NCBI GenBank assembly: GCA_964563885.1
Contig: CAZLYX010000002.1
Location: forward strand, 12,293-76,292
Direction: 5' to 3'
From: an uncultured Neisseria sp.
GTDB lineage: Bacteria; Pseudomonadota; Gammaproteobacteria; Burkholderiales; Neisseriaceae
DNA length: 64,000 nucleotides
How positions within the stretch are numbered: position 1 is the stretch's first letter; the number at the start of each line of letters is the position of its first letter. The position numbers and the translations under genes are program-made. The notes beneath the pieces are model-generated. The model was not told the DNA's origin and searched no databases. It saw only the letters and a list, made by a program, of their open reading frames with translations. Of the stretch, positions 35,013 through 43,494 are shown one piece after another.

Positions 35013-35652
35013 AAATTGATTCTCTTTATAAATATAAATTAATTTAAATATGCAGTAATAATATTTCTATAAATAAGTCTACGAACGGCGGCACGGTAGG
35101 CTCTTTCAATACTGCAGATACCCTATTTTTTGCTAATACTATTCCAAGCTTCACAAATCAGTATTCTAATGTTGCTTATTGCGTTGGTAAGCTTATGCAC
35201 ATAAAGATAAACGAACAACGCGACAGCAAGTTTATCATGACTAATACGCAATCAGACACACTAAAGCCTGCAAAACTAGAACGCATAAAAATATGAGGCA
35301 ATAACGGCATTCTTAATGACATAGTAAGCCATCTAAGTTTTGCTCCAGATTTATATCACTGGTAAAAACAATTCAATTAAATATGTGGAAGCAAGGAAAT
35401 GCGATTTTAGTTTGATTTTAGGTCTGTATTATGGCTAGTGTTTAATCATTTTGTTGTGTAATTAAAGCATTAGGATTGGTGGTTTACTTATAAAAATGAT
35501 ATTTTTAACAAAAAGTTATTTTCTGTAAATCCTTCTTTTTTAAAAATATTTTAATTTTTTTGGTGTTTATTATTTTATAATAAATTAGCTAATGCTATTT
35601 GAAGGTTGTATTTGAAATAATATATTCGTAGTGGTCATGTTTTATTATAAAA

Positions 35653-35680
35653 AGGCTACCTGAATGATTTCAGGTAGCCT
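35653..35680. terminator. Exact DUS inverted pair after ctpA
   Basis: aAGGCTACCTGAAtgatTTCAGGTAGCCTt. Confidence 0.88.
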
Positions 35681-35708
35681 TTGTTGATGCAGTCGAGAAG
35701 ATAAATAC

Positions 35709-37163
35709 TTACTCGCTGCTGTTTTCTTTCTTCGGTGTTGGACGGCTTGCAGCCAAGCCCAATGATTTTTTCCATTCAGCAGGTGCTTTAACTAAATCTA
35801 AAGCCTTGCGCAATTGGTTGTCTTTCGCCGGATTTGGCTCACGGCGGCTAGACAACTCCTCCATTTTTTCTTTTTCAGTTTGAGGCTGTGAAGCTGCTTC
35901 CTCATCAAGCATATCGACTACTCGACCAGATACTTCGTTACCGCCCAACGGATTGCCAATATGCCCCCGCAAGTCTGCCTCACGGCTTTCATATAAGCGA
36001 GCTTTATCTTTTATTTCTACATCTGGCACAATGCCTTGTGCTTGAATGGAACGATCATTTGGTGTGTAGTAAAGCGCAGTCGTTAGTTTTACTGCGCCAC
36101 CATTTGATAAAGGTAAAACAGTTTGCACTGAGCCTTTACCAAAACTTTGGGTACCAACGACAACAGCACGTTTGTGGTCTTGTAGAGCTCCAGCAACAAT
36201 TTCAGAAGCAGAGGCGGAGCCTGAATTCACCAATACAGTGAGTGGAATATCTTTCAGACTGGCTGGTAAGTTGACTAAAGGATCTTTTCCGGCTGACATG
36301 ATGTAGTCTTCTGGAGTGGCTTTCAAGTTCATGCCTTCTTTGCCACCGCGACCTTTGGTGCTGACAACTGCTTGGTTAGGTTTTAAAAATGCCGAAGAAA
36401 CACCAACAGCGCCATTGAGCAAACCACCTGGATCATCACGTAAATCGAGTACTAATCCTTTTAGATCGCCCTTGTTTTCTTTATATAAAGCATTGATTGC
36501 ATCCGTTAACGATGGCACTGTGCGCTCTTGGAATTGGGTGATGCGCACATAACCGTAATTGGGTTCAATCAGCTTATAACGAACACTTTTCACTTTAATA
36601 ATTGCACGAGTTATCTTCACGACTATTGGTTTAGTTGCATCTTTGCGTGACAAAGTTAAGGTGATGTCTGAGTTGGGTTTGCCGCGCATTTTTTTAACTG
36701 CATCAGTAACACTCATGCCGCGAGTAGATTCATTATTGATTTTAACGATGAGATCACCGCTTTTTACACCAGCCCGCTCGGCAGGGGTATCTTCAATAGG
36801 GGCAACAACTTTAACAAAGCCATCTTCCAAACCAACTTCCATGCCTAATCCACCGAATTCTCCACTGGTAGATTCTTTTAGCTCGCCGTAATCTTTTTGG
36901 GTCATGAATTCTGAATGAGGATCTAAACCAGCTACCATGCCTTTCATGGCACCTTCTAGTAATGCTTCGTCGGTTTTATCTTGGTAATAATTTGCCTTAA
37001 TTTGTCCGTAAACCTCAGCCATGGTGCGGATAGATTGCACAGGCAGGGCTTCTTCTTTTTGGCTTTTACTGGCGGCAAAACTTTGAACACTTAGACTCAA
37101 AATCACGCCGCTGAATGCGCCGAGGGTATATAAGGCAACTTTTTTCAAAGTAGATTTGGCCAT
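35709..37163 (-). CDS. ctpA: Carboxy-terminal processing peptidase (S41 family)
   Basis: It has a signal peptide, a PDZ domain (GVKSGDLIVKIN) and the S41 catalytic block (LVNSGSASASEIVAGALQD...GTQSFGKGSVQ). Confidence 0.92.
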   Translation of the reverse strand: MAKSTLKKVALYTLGAFSGVILSLSVQSFAASKSQKEEALPVQSIRTMAEVYGQIKANYYQDKTDEALLEGAMKGMVAGLDPHSEFMTQKDYGELKESTSGEFGGLGMEVGLEDGFVKVVAPIEDTPAERAGVKSGDLIVKINNESTRGMSVTDAVKKMRGKPNSDITLTLSRKDATKPIVVKITRAIIKVKSVRYKLIEPNYGYVRITQFQERTVPSLTDAINALYKENKGDLKGLVLDLRDDPGGLLNGAVGVSSAFLKPNQAVVSTKGRGGKEGMNLKATPEDYIMSAGKDPLVNLPASLKDIPLTVLVNSGSASASEIVAGALQDHKRAVVVGTQSFGKGSVQTVLPLSNGGAVKLTTALYYTPNDRSIQAQGIVPDVEIKDKARLYESREADLRGHIGNPLGGNEVSGRVVDMLDEEAASQPQTEKEKMEELSSRREPNPAKDNQLRKALDLVKAPAEWKKSLGLAASRPTPKKENSSE

Positions 37164-37292
37164 TTTTGCTTTCTCGTAATGAAATTCAGACTTGTTATTA
37201 TAGGGAGCCTGAATGAAGGTTCAAACTGTATGTGATTTAAGCATTTGCGGCAAGCCTGCTTAAGCGTAAAAAAGTGCTAACTAGAGCAATAT

Positions 37293-38654
37293 TTAGCGAA
37301 CCCAAGACAAAGGATTCATTGCTTGGTTGCGATAACGGACTTCAAAATACAGGCCTTGCTCTCCATCAGGCAAAGTGCCACTGGTGCCTATGTTTTGACG
37401 GGCAGCCACTTGACTACCGCTACTTACATTGAGGTTGTTTAAGCCAGCGTATACACTCAAATAGCTATCTCCGTGGTCTACGATGACTGTGTTGCCATAA
37501 CCCTGCAAATAAGCTGCATAAGCCACAGTGCCAGCGGCGATGCTTTGTACAGAAGAGGGGCCGGTGGCAATAAATATACCTTTCCAGATGCCGCCACTTG
37601 GACGCGCCTGCCCAAATCCGCCGCTAATATTACCACCAGTCGGTTTGCGCATTTGACCTTGCATACGGCTGAAGCTGGTGCGTATCGGTTCGATTGTACC
37701 GTTTGGTGATTGCAAGTTACGGTCTTCGGTAGTGAGGGTTGAGTGTGGCGCAGATATTTGCGTGTTCTTGCGTGGAGTAGCTTTGATGGGCTTGGTGCTA
37801 GAAGTCTTATTAACTTGTTTTTTGGTAGATTGTTTATTTTTCTTAGCTTGAGCGGCAGCAGCGCGAGCTTGGTTGGCAGCAGTAATTCGCGATTGGGCTG
37901 CTTTGCTACGAGCAGCGGCTTCTTTTTTACGTTGCAAAGCTTGGCGCTTGGTGATTTCAGCCAATATATTATTTAAGCGTTGTTCATCCGTTTTTAAGCT
38001 GGCTATGCGTTTACTTTGCCGTTCAATATCGACGGATAAGTTGTTACTGATTTTTTGTGCGGCAGCGTTATCACGGCCCAGCTTACTCATTGCGTGTTGT
38101 TTTTGTGTTTTAAGTTTTTTTAGACGCTCTAGTTGGGCTTCGATATTGTGTTCTTGTACACTTAATTCTTTTTGCTGCTGAGCTAATTGACCGATTACTT
38201 TTTCATTGGCTTGGTTAATGTAGCGAGCATATTGCAAGTAGCGTGTTTTTTGGCTAGGCTCAGCATTTTTTAAAAACAACATTACGGCGTTTGGCTGGCG
38301 ATTTTTGTAATGCCCGGATAATAGTCTTGCTACTTGGGCTTTCGTGCCTGTCACTTCGGTTTTGAGTTTACCTAATTCATTTTGTAGGGTTTGAAACTTT
38401 TGCCATGTTTGTTGTTGTTGTTGATCAAGCTTATTTAATTCTTGTTGCGCTTTATTTAAAGCATTGCGGGTTTTATCAAGAGTGGCTTGAGTACTTTTTT
38501 GTGCAGCTTGCTTTTGATTGAGATCTTTTTGAGTAGCACTAATGGTTTGTTGAATTTCTTGAAGATCGCCCACAGCGCCCGCGGGATTAGGTTCTGCTAA
38601 GGCAGGGAAAGATACGGCAAGAAGTACGGTAAACAACAAGGGGTAGTGTAACAT
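37293..38654 (-). CDS. envC: Murein hydrolase activator EnvC-like (coiled coil + M23/LytM domain)
   Basis: It has a long Gln/Lys/Ala-rich coiled coil and a C-terminal LytM domain (GYGNTVIVDHGDSYLSVYAG...LYFEVRY). It lies upstream of ctpA, as in many proteobacteria. Confidence 0.85.
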   Translation of the reverse strand: MLHYPLLFTVLLAVSFPALAEPNPAGAVGDLQEIQQTISATQKDLNQKQAAQKSTQATLDKTRNALNKAQQELNKLDQQQQQTWQKFQTLQNELGKLKTEVTGTKAQVARLLSGHYKNRQPNAVMLFLKNAEPSQKTRYLQYARYINQANEKVIGQLAQQQKELSVQEHNIEAQLERLKKLKTQKQHAMSKLGRDNAAAQKISNNLSVDIERQSKRIASLKTDEQRLNNILAEITKRQALQRKKEAAARSKAAQSRITAANQARAAAAQAKKNKQSTKKQVNKTSSTKPIKATPRKNTQISAPHSTLTTEDRNLQSPNGTIEPIRTSFSRMQGQMRKPTGGNISGGFGQARPSGGIWKGIFIATGPSSVQSIAAGTVAYAAYLQGYGNTVIVDHGDSYLSVYAGLNNLNVSSGSQVAARQNIGTSGTLPDGEQGLYFEVRYRNQAMNPLSWVR

Positions 38655-38821
38655 AGGGGTTCAGAGCTGAAATATGAATGCGATTGTTGATTATAGCGAA
38701 GGCAGGGCGAAAAGGCTATTTGTGTTGCCGATTTTATCGTAATTCAGTAAGTATTTTGAGCCCTTGTAAACAATGGATTTGGCTTTATGTTAAAACCATA
38801 TATTTTGAAAGAGGATAAGCG

Positions 38822-39370
38822 ATGAATTTAGCGAATTATTTTCTTATGGCCATACCTTCGATGAATGATCCTTTCTTCGAAGGTAGTGTGGTTTATTTGT
38901 GTGAACATAACGAAGAAGGCGCAATGGGCGTGGTGATTAATAAGCCTTCTCCGGTGACCATGGATTTGGTGTTTGAAGCCGCTGGCGGCGAAACACCTGA
39001 GCGTTTTCGTAAAGAATGGGTGATGATGGGTGGCCCTGTGCAGATTGACCGCGGTTTTGTGCTGCATACGCCTGTTGGTTCTTGGCAAAGCAGCTTAATG
39101 GTTACAGACAATATTGCCATGACCACTTCGCGTGACATCATTGAAAATCTTGCTAAAGATAACAGCGTAGACCAAGCCATTATTACTATTGGTTATGCAA
39201 GCTGGGAGAAGGGACAATTGGAGCGTGAGCTGGCGGACAATTCTTGGATAACTGTGCTAGCTGATGAGGAAATACTATTTAACACGCCGCACGAAGAACG
39301 TTATCAAGCCGCATTTGCCAAATTAGGTATAGAACCTTCGGCATTGATAGGGCCCGCTGGACATGCTTAA
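38822..39370 (+). CDS. yqgE: YqgE/AlgH family protein
   Basis: [26 protein letters not shown] is the conserved family core. It overlaps ruvX. Confidence 0.9.
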   Translation: MNLANYFLMAIPSMNDPFFEGSVVYLCEHNEEGAMGVVINKPSPVTMDLVFEAAGGETPERFRKEWVMMGGPVQIDRGFVLHTPVGSWQSSLMVTDNIAMTTSRDIIENLAKDNSVDQAIITIGYASWEKGQLERELADNSWITVLADEEILFNTPHEERYQAAFAKLGIEPSALIGPAGHA

Positions 39371-39821
39371 AGCACCTAAAGGCACTACACTTGCGTTTGA
39401 TTTTGGCCAAGTTAGAATTGGTGTGGCTGAGGGGGATGCAGAAGTGGGTTTAGCACACCCCTTGGTAATGGTTGCTGGAGTCAGTAACGACGCCAAGTTT
39501 GAAGCCATTGCAAAGCTGATACATGAGTGGCAACCGAAACAATTGGTGGTGGGCTTGCCTTTTCATCTCGACGGCTCCGAACATGAGCTAACACAGCTTT
39601 GTCGAAAATTTGGTCGTCGTTTGCATGGCCGTTTTAATAAACCAGTGTATTGGGTAGACGAACGCTTATCATCAGTGGCTGCGGAAAGCTTGTTGGCAGA
39701 AGCACAAGTGTTTGGTCGTCAACAAAAAAATGTGCTTGATCAAGTGGCAGCACAGGCAATTTTGTATAGTTTTTTCGATGAAGGTGCGACTGAATATTTT
39801 AATGGCCGTGAAGAAATTTAG
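39363..39821 (+). CDS. ruvX: Putative pre-16S rRNA nuclease / Holliday junction resolvase-like YqgF (RuvX)
   Basis: [13 protein letters not shown] is the N-terminal catalytic Asp motif. It also has VVGLP...DGSE and DERLSS. Confidence 0.9.
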   Translation: MLKAPKGTTLAFDFGQVRIGVAEGDAEVGLAHPLVMVAGVSNDAKFEAIAKLIHEWQPKQLVVGLPFHLDGSEHELTQLCRKFGRRLHGRFNKPVYWVDERLSSVAAESLLAEAQVFGRQQKNVLDQVAAQAILYSFFDEGATEYFNGREEI

Positions 39822-40005
39822 TAAATGAAATGATTACAGTTACTCTGCTTTTGTGATGACTAAAGATTTACTTGTACATTCAATTAATTGATTGGTAGCG
39901 GTTGTTTATGAAATGTAATTATTTGTGCATCAGTTGTCTATAAAACGCGACAGTTTTATGGCAACAACTTATAAGTTGGCTGATTACAACTTTAAAAGGG
40001 GTCCT

Positions 40006-40593
40006 ATGTTTATCCTCTTGCTTGGACTGTTGCTATTTCTTGGCGTACATTCTGTGCGCATCATCGCAGATGAATGGCGCGAACGCACCATTTCACGCAT
40101 TGGTATTGGGCTTTGGAAAGGGCTGTATTCTCTGGTTTCGTTGGGTGGTTTTGTGCTCATTGTTTGGGGTTTCTGGCTGGCGCGGCAGACTACGCTGGTG
40201 TTGTGGGTATCGCCTTTGGGCATGCGTCACACCGCAGCATTGCTGACATTAATCGCCTTTGTGTTGCTAGCAGCCGTTTATGTGCCACGGAACAGTATCA
40301 AATCTTGGCTGCACCATCCGATGCTTATTAGCGTGGTGGTTTGGGCTTTTGCGCATTTGCTGGCTAACGGCACACTGGCCGATGTGTTACTTTTCGGATC
40401 TTTCTTGCTGTGGGCTATTTTTGACTTTTATGCAGCGCGCCTACGTGATCAGCGAATGAGTACTGTGTACGCATCCGGAACTATCGCGGGTACGTTGATT
40501 ACCATTCTAGTTGGCACGATTGGCTGGGCGTTGTTCGCTTTTTGGCTACACCGTGTGTTGTTTGGCATGGCACCATTGGGTGTTGGTTTTTGA
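40006..40593 (+). CDS. NnrU family membrane protein
   Basis: It begins MFILLLGLLLFLGVHSVRI and has a HHPML..WAFAHLLANG block. The start was moved to 40006 from a GTG at 39925 and is uncertain. Confidence 0.65.
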   Translation: MFILLLGLLLFLGVHSVRIIADEWRERTISRIGIGLWKGLYSLVSLGGFVLIVWGFWLARQTTLVLWVSPLGMRHTAALLTLIAFVLLAAVYVPRNSIKSWLHHPMLISVVVWAFAHLLANGTLADVLLFGSFLLWAIFDFYAARLRDQRMSTVYASGTIAGTLITILVGTIGWALFAFWLHRVLFGMAPLGVGF

Positions 40594-40655
40594 TTGAATT
40601 AAATGGCTAATGTATATTTGAGCAATTTAATAGGATGAGCAGTTTTGATTTACAA

Positions 40656-40687
40656 AGGCTACCTGAAACATTGTGTTCAGGTAGCCT
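40656..40687. terminator. Exact DUS inverted pair between convergent genes
   Basis: aAGGCTACCTGAAacattgtgTTCAGGTAGCCTtttt. Confidence 0.88.
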
Positions 40688-40725
40688 TTTTGTCTTTATC
40701 TGCTATATACGGTATATAAAACAAT

Positions 40726-41082
40726 TTATTTTTGAATTTGCACAGCAGAAACTTTAATTTCTACTTTCCATTCTGGTTTAGCTAATTTAGCTTCGATACA
40801 TGCACGTGCAGGTGAATGTTGCGGGTTCACCCAAGCATCCCAAGCGATGTTCATGGCATCGTAATCGGCTAGATTAGGCAGAAAAATGGTGGCTTCCAAA
40901 ATGTGGTTTTTATCAGAGCCGCATTCTGCTAGCCATTTATCAATTTGCGCTAACACATCTTGGGTTTGCTCGGTTGTATCAACATCCGTATTTTCGGGCA
41001 CCATGCCCGCAAGAAACACAAAGCCGTTTACTACTGTGGCTTCTGATAAGCGAGGGCTTTGGCCATGATATTGAATAGTCAT
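40726..41082 (-). CDS. RidA/YjgF family protein
   Basis: It is 118 aa with a YjgF-fold pattern (VVNGFVFLAGMVP ... PARACIEAKLA). Confidence 0.75.
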   Translation of the reverse strand: MTIQYHGQSPRLSEATVVNGFVFLAGMVPENTDVDTTEQTQDVLAQIDKWLAECGSDKNHILEATIFLPNLADYDAMNIAWDAWVNPQHSPARACIEAKLAKPEWKVEIKVSAVQIQK

Positions 41083-41148
41083 TTCAAATTATTCCATTGT
41101 TGGTTATTTACTCAGTTTGCTATGTTAACATAAGATAATATAAGTTAA

Positions 41149-41160
41149 AGGCTACCTGAA
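41149..41160 (+). repeat. DUS exact copy ending 4 nt before the ybaK start codon
   Basis: aaAGGCTACCTGAAaacaATG. Confidence 0.9.
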
Positions 41161-41164
41161 AACA

Positions 41165-41650
41165 ATGAGTAAAATAGATTATCCTGTTACTTCTGCCATA
41201 CGCTTTTTGCGGGCACATCAGATTGAGTTTAAACCCTGTTTATATCCTTATATTGAACGCGGCGGCACTGCACACTCGGCAGAATGTTTGGGCGTGCCTG
41301 AGCATCAGGTAATCAAAACCATTGTGCTGCAAAATGAACACAAACAAGGTTTAATCGTGTTGATGTTTGGTGATAAACACATTTCCACACGGAATCTAGC
41401 ACGAGAATTAGGCATGAGGCATATTGAGCCAGCCGATCCAAAGCAAGCAAACAAATGGACGGGTTTTCTAGTGGGTGGCACTAGCCCTTTTGGTACTAAA
41501 ACATCATTGCCAGTGTATGTTGAAGCAGGAGTTTGGGATTTGGAAAAAATATACATTAATGCTGGCAAACGTGGTTTTCTTGTTGCTGTTGTGCCAGCTT
41601 CGCTCAAAAGTTTAAACCCGCAAACTGTTAATGTGGCTACTGATGTTTAA
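41165..41650 (+). CDS. ybaK: Cys-tRNA(Pro)/Cys-tRNA(Cys) deacylase YbaK
   Basis: VTSAIRFLRAHQIEF..., KTIVLQ and GGTSPFG are YbaK/EbsC blocks. Confidence 0.85.
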   Translation: MSKIDYPVTSAIRFLRAHQIEFKPCLYPYIERGGTAHSAECLGVPEHQVIKTIVLQNEHKQGLIVLMFGDKHISTRNLARELGMRHIEPADPKQANKWTGFLVGGTSPFGTKTSLPVYVEAGVWDLEKIYINAGKRGFLVAVVPASLKSLNPQTVNVATDV

Positions 41651-41674
41651 ATCTTATTTTTATAGGAATGCAAG

Positions 41675-42040
41675 ATGAATAAAAAGGTTACAAAATTCAG
41701 CCAACCACCAGTGCATTCTAATCTACGCTCTTATGCGATGACGGTTTATATTTTGTATGCCGTTGCTTTTATGTTGGTTATTACCTTAATCATAGGCCTA
41801 TTCATTGCTTATCAGAAACGCAAAGAAGCGGTGGGTTCGATTTATTATAGTCATTTTCAATATCTGATAAAAACTTTTTGGGTGGCTTTATTAGGCTTTG
41901 TTATCGGCGGCGTTGCTATGTTTGTTGGCATTGGTGGTTTGATTTTTTTAACGGTAAGTGTCTGGTTTATTTATCGAGTGGTGGCGGGGTTTATTAAGTT
42001 TAACAGTGGACAAGCAGTATCAACAGATTCTTGGTTCTAA
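41675..42040 (+). CDS. Hypothetical small membrane protein (3 predicted TM helices)
   Basis: Supported by hydrophobic segments only. I cannot assign a family. Confidence 0.45.
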   Translation: MNKKVTKFSQPPVHSNLRSYAMTVYILYAVAFMLVITLIIGLFIAYQKRKEAVGSIYYSHFQYLIKTFWVALLGFVIGGVAMFVGIGGLIFLTVSVWFIYRVVAGFIKFNSGQAVSTDSWF

Positions 42041-42066
42041 AACAATAATAGTAAATATTAATAAAA

Positions 42067-42098
42067 AGGCTACCTGAAACATTTATTTCAGGTAGCCT
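42067..42098. terminator. Exact DUS inverted pair
   Basis: aAGGCTACCTGAAacatttatTTCAGGTAGCCTtttt. Confidence 0.88.
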
Positions 42099-42357
42099 TT
42101 TTATTTTATAAGGGTAAAAGCTTTGGCTGGTTATTATGGTAATGAGAGACAGGATTGAAAGGACAACTTATACAATTCATGATAATCCAAATTTTCATTA
42201 TTTATGCGCCATTTAATAAGTAGATTAAAAACCATCAATCACTTTAAAACCTGCATTTTCAAAAGCGGTTACAAAATTGCAAATGTAAAAAATGCTAGTA
42301 TTTTTTATTCTTTTTTTCAAACTTCTAAAGCTTGTGATGAGCTCAGTTTTCATTAGC

Positions 42358-43134
42358 TTACATCTTTTCAAAGTATTTACCTGTAAACCTATATTTGATT
42401 TTGTTCTTGGTTACTTTGCCGTCTGCTTTAATTAACGGAATTACAATTGTTTGGGTCTTTTTGTCATAAATCAATTCCATATAGTCCATACTTACTACGC
42501 CATCATTTCTATTTCTATTCGCCGAGCTAGAAAGATCTACTTCGTAACCTAACGTGTTTTTTAAACCGGTTTTTGTTTTAATTAATTTTGCGTTTTCATT
42601 CAGTTTTCCATTTTTAATCGAAAAAACTTTTGCTTGATAATAGTAAACAGCAGAACTTCCAATCACAATACTGCTGGTTATATAATACTTTTTGCCATCT
42701 ACAGAAACTTCATTTAAGTCATAAAACCGATGACCAGAATCTTGGTTTCTCTTCTCGTTCAATTTTGAATAAACTTTGCCGCCAATATTGTATTGAAATA
42801 CATTTTGATAAAATTGCATTGTTCCACCTGCAAATTCATTCCAAGAATAAATTCTGAAAAGCCCATCAGCAGACGAAACTATATCAAAACCTTGGTTCAC
42901 AGATTTAAAAGGATGGTTTAGAGTTTGTTTATGTTTAGAACTAAAGTCCAAAATAAAGTCTTTAATTTCGGCATTATAATTATCCAAAGAATCATGAGCT
43001 GAAAGACTTTGGTCGTAACTCCAAAACACTCGTTTTACATTTAAATCAAAAAGTTTTTTCTCAATTTGATTTAAGTCTTGACCAAAAACCCAAGTATTAA
43101 AAAAGATAATAAATACTAATAGTAGTTTTTTCAT
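42358..43134 (-). CDS. Hypothetical secreted protein, compositionally foreign (very AT-rich)
   Basis: This 258-aa ORF has an N-terminal signal (MKKLLLVFIIFFNTWVFGQ) and a Lys/Asn/Tyr/Ser-rich beta-type sequence. I recognise no family. Its codon usage is visibly different from its neighbours. Confidence 0.55.
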   Translation of the reverse strand: MKKLLLVFIIFFNTWVFGQDLNQIEKKLFDLNVKRVFWSYDQSLSAHDSLDNYNAEIKDFILDFSSKHKQTLNHPFKSVNQGFDIVSSADGLFRIYSWNEFAGGTMQFYQNVFQYNIGGKVYSKLNEKRNQDSGHRFYDLNEVSVDGKKYYITSSIVIGSSAVYYYQAKVFSIKNGKLNENAKLIKTKTGLKNTLGYEVDLSSSANRNRNDGVVSMDYMELIYDKKTQTIVIPLIKADGKVTKNKIKYRFTGKYFEKM

Positions 43135-43466
43135 AATGACTTTATTTAAAATTTATTTAGACAACGAATGTAAATAATTGCACTTAGAATGCCGACTGTC
43201 GAAATTGAATCTAGCAGCGTTAGTATAAGTGATTTGAGATAGCCTAAATCACTTCTTCGTATTTATAAGGCTGCGTTCATCCTTCACCTTTGGATTGGCA
43301 GGCTAGTGTACAAATTTATTCGTCAAAGCGCTAAAGCGTTTGGTTATATGCTGATTGTAAGCAGGCGGCAATTGAAAATGATATTTCAGACTCATCAAAA
43401 CTTCCGCTTATATATACGCCTGCGTAATAGACGCGAGGTTACAATCATCCTAATTGCTGCATTTAA

Positions 43467-43494
43467 AGGCTACCTGAAATGTTTCAGGTAGCCT
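43467..43494. terminator. Exact DUS inverted pair; the left-hand TGA of the second arm is the mfd stop codon
   Basis: aAGGCTACCTGAAatgtTTCAGGTAGCCTtttg. The mfd gene ends ...QKAT-TGA at 43486-43484. Confidence 0.88.

Noticed and set aside
43306-43491. A 61-aa + strand ORF in the spacer upstream of the AT-rich islet gene. I also considered short minus-strand frames here as possible toxin remnants.
   Set aside because: The + ORF runs into the DUS pair and has no RBS. The minus-strand frames are 30 codons or fewer with no recognisable motif. I found no evidence of a toxin C-terminal fragment by eye, and BLASTX or HHpred would be needed.
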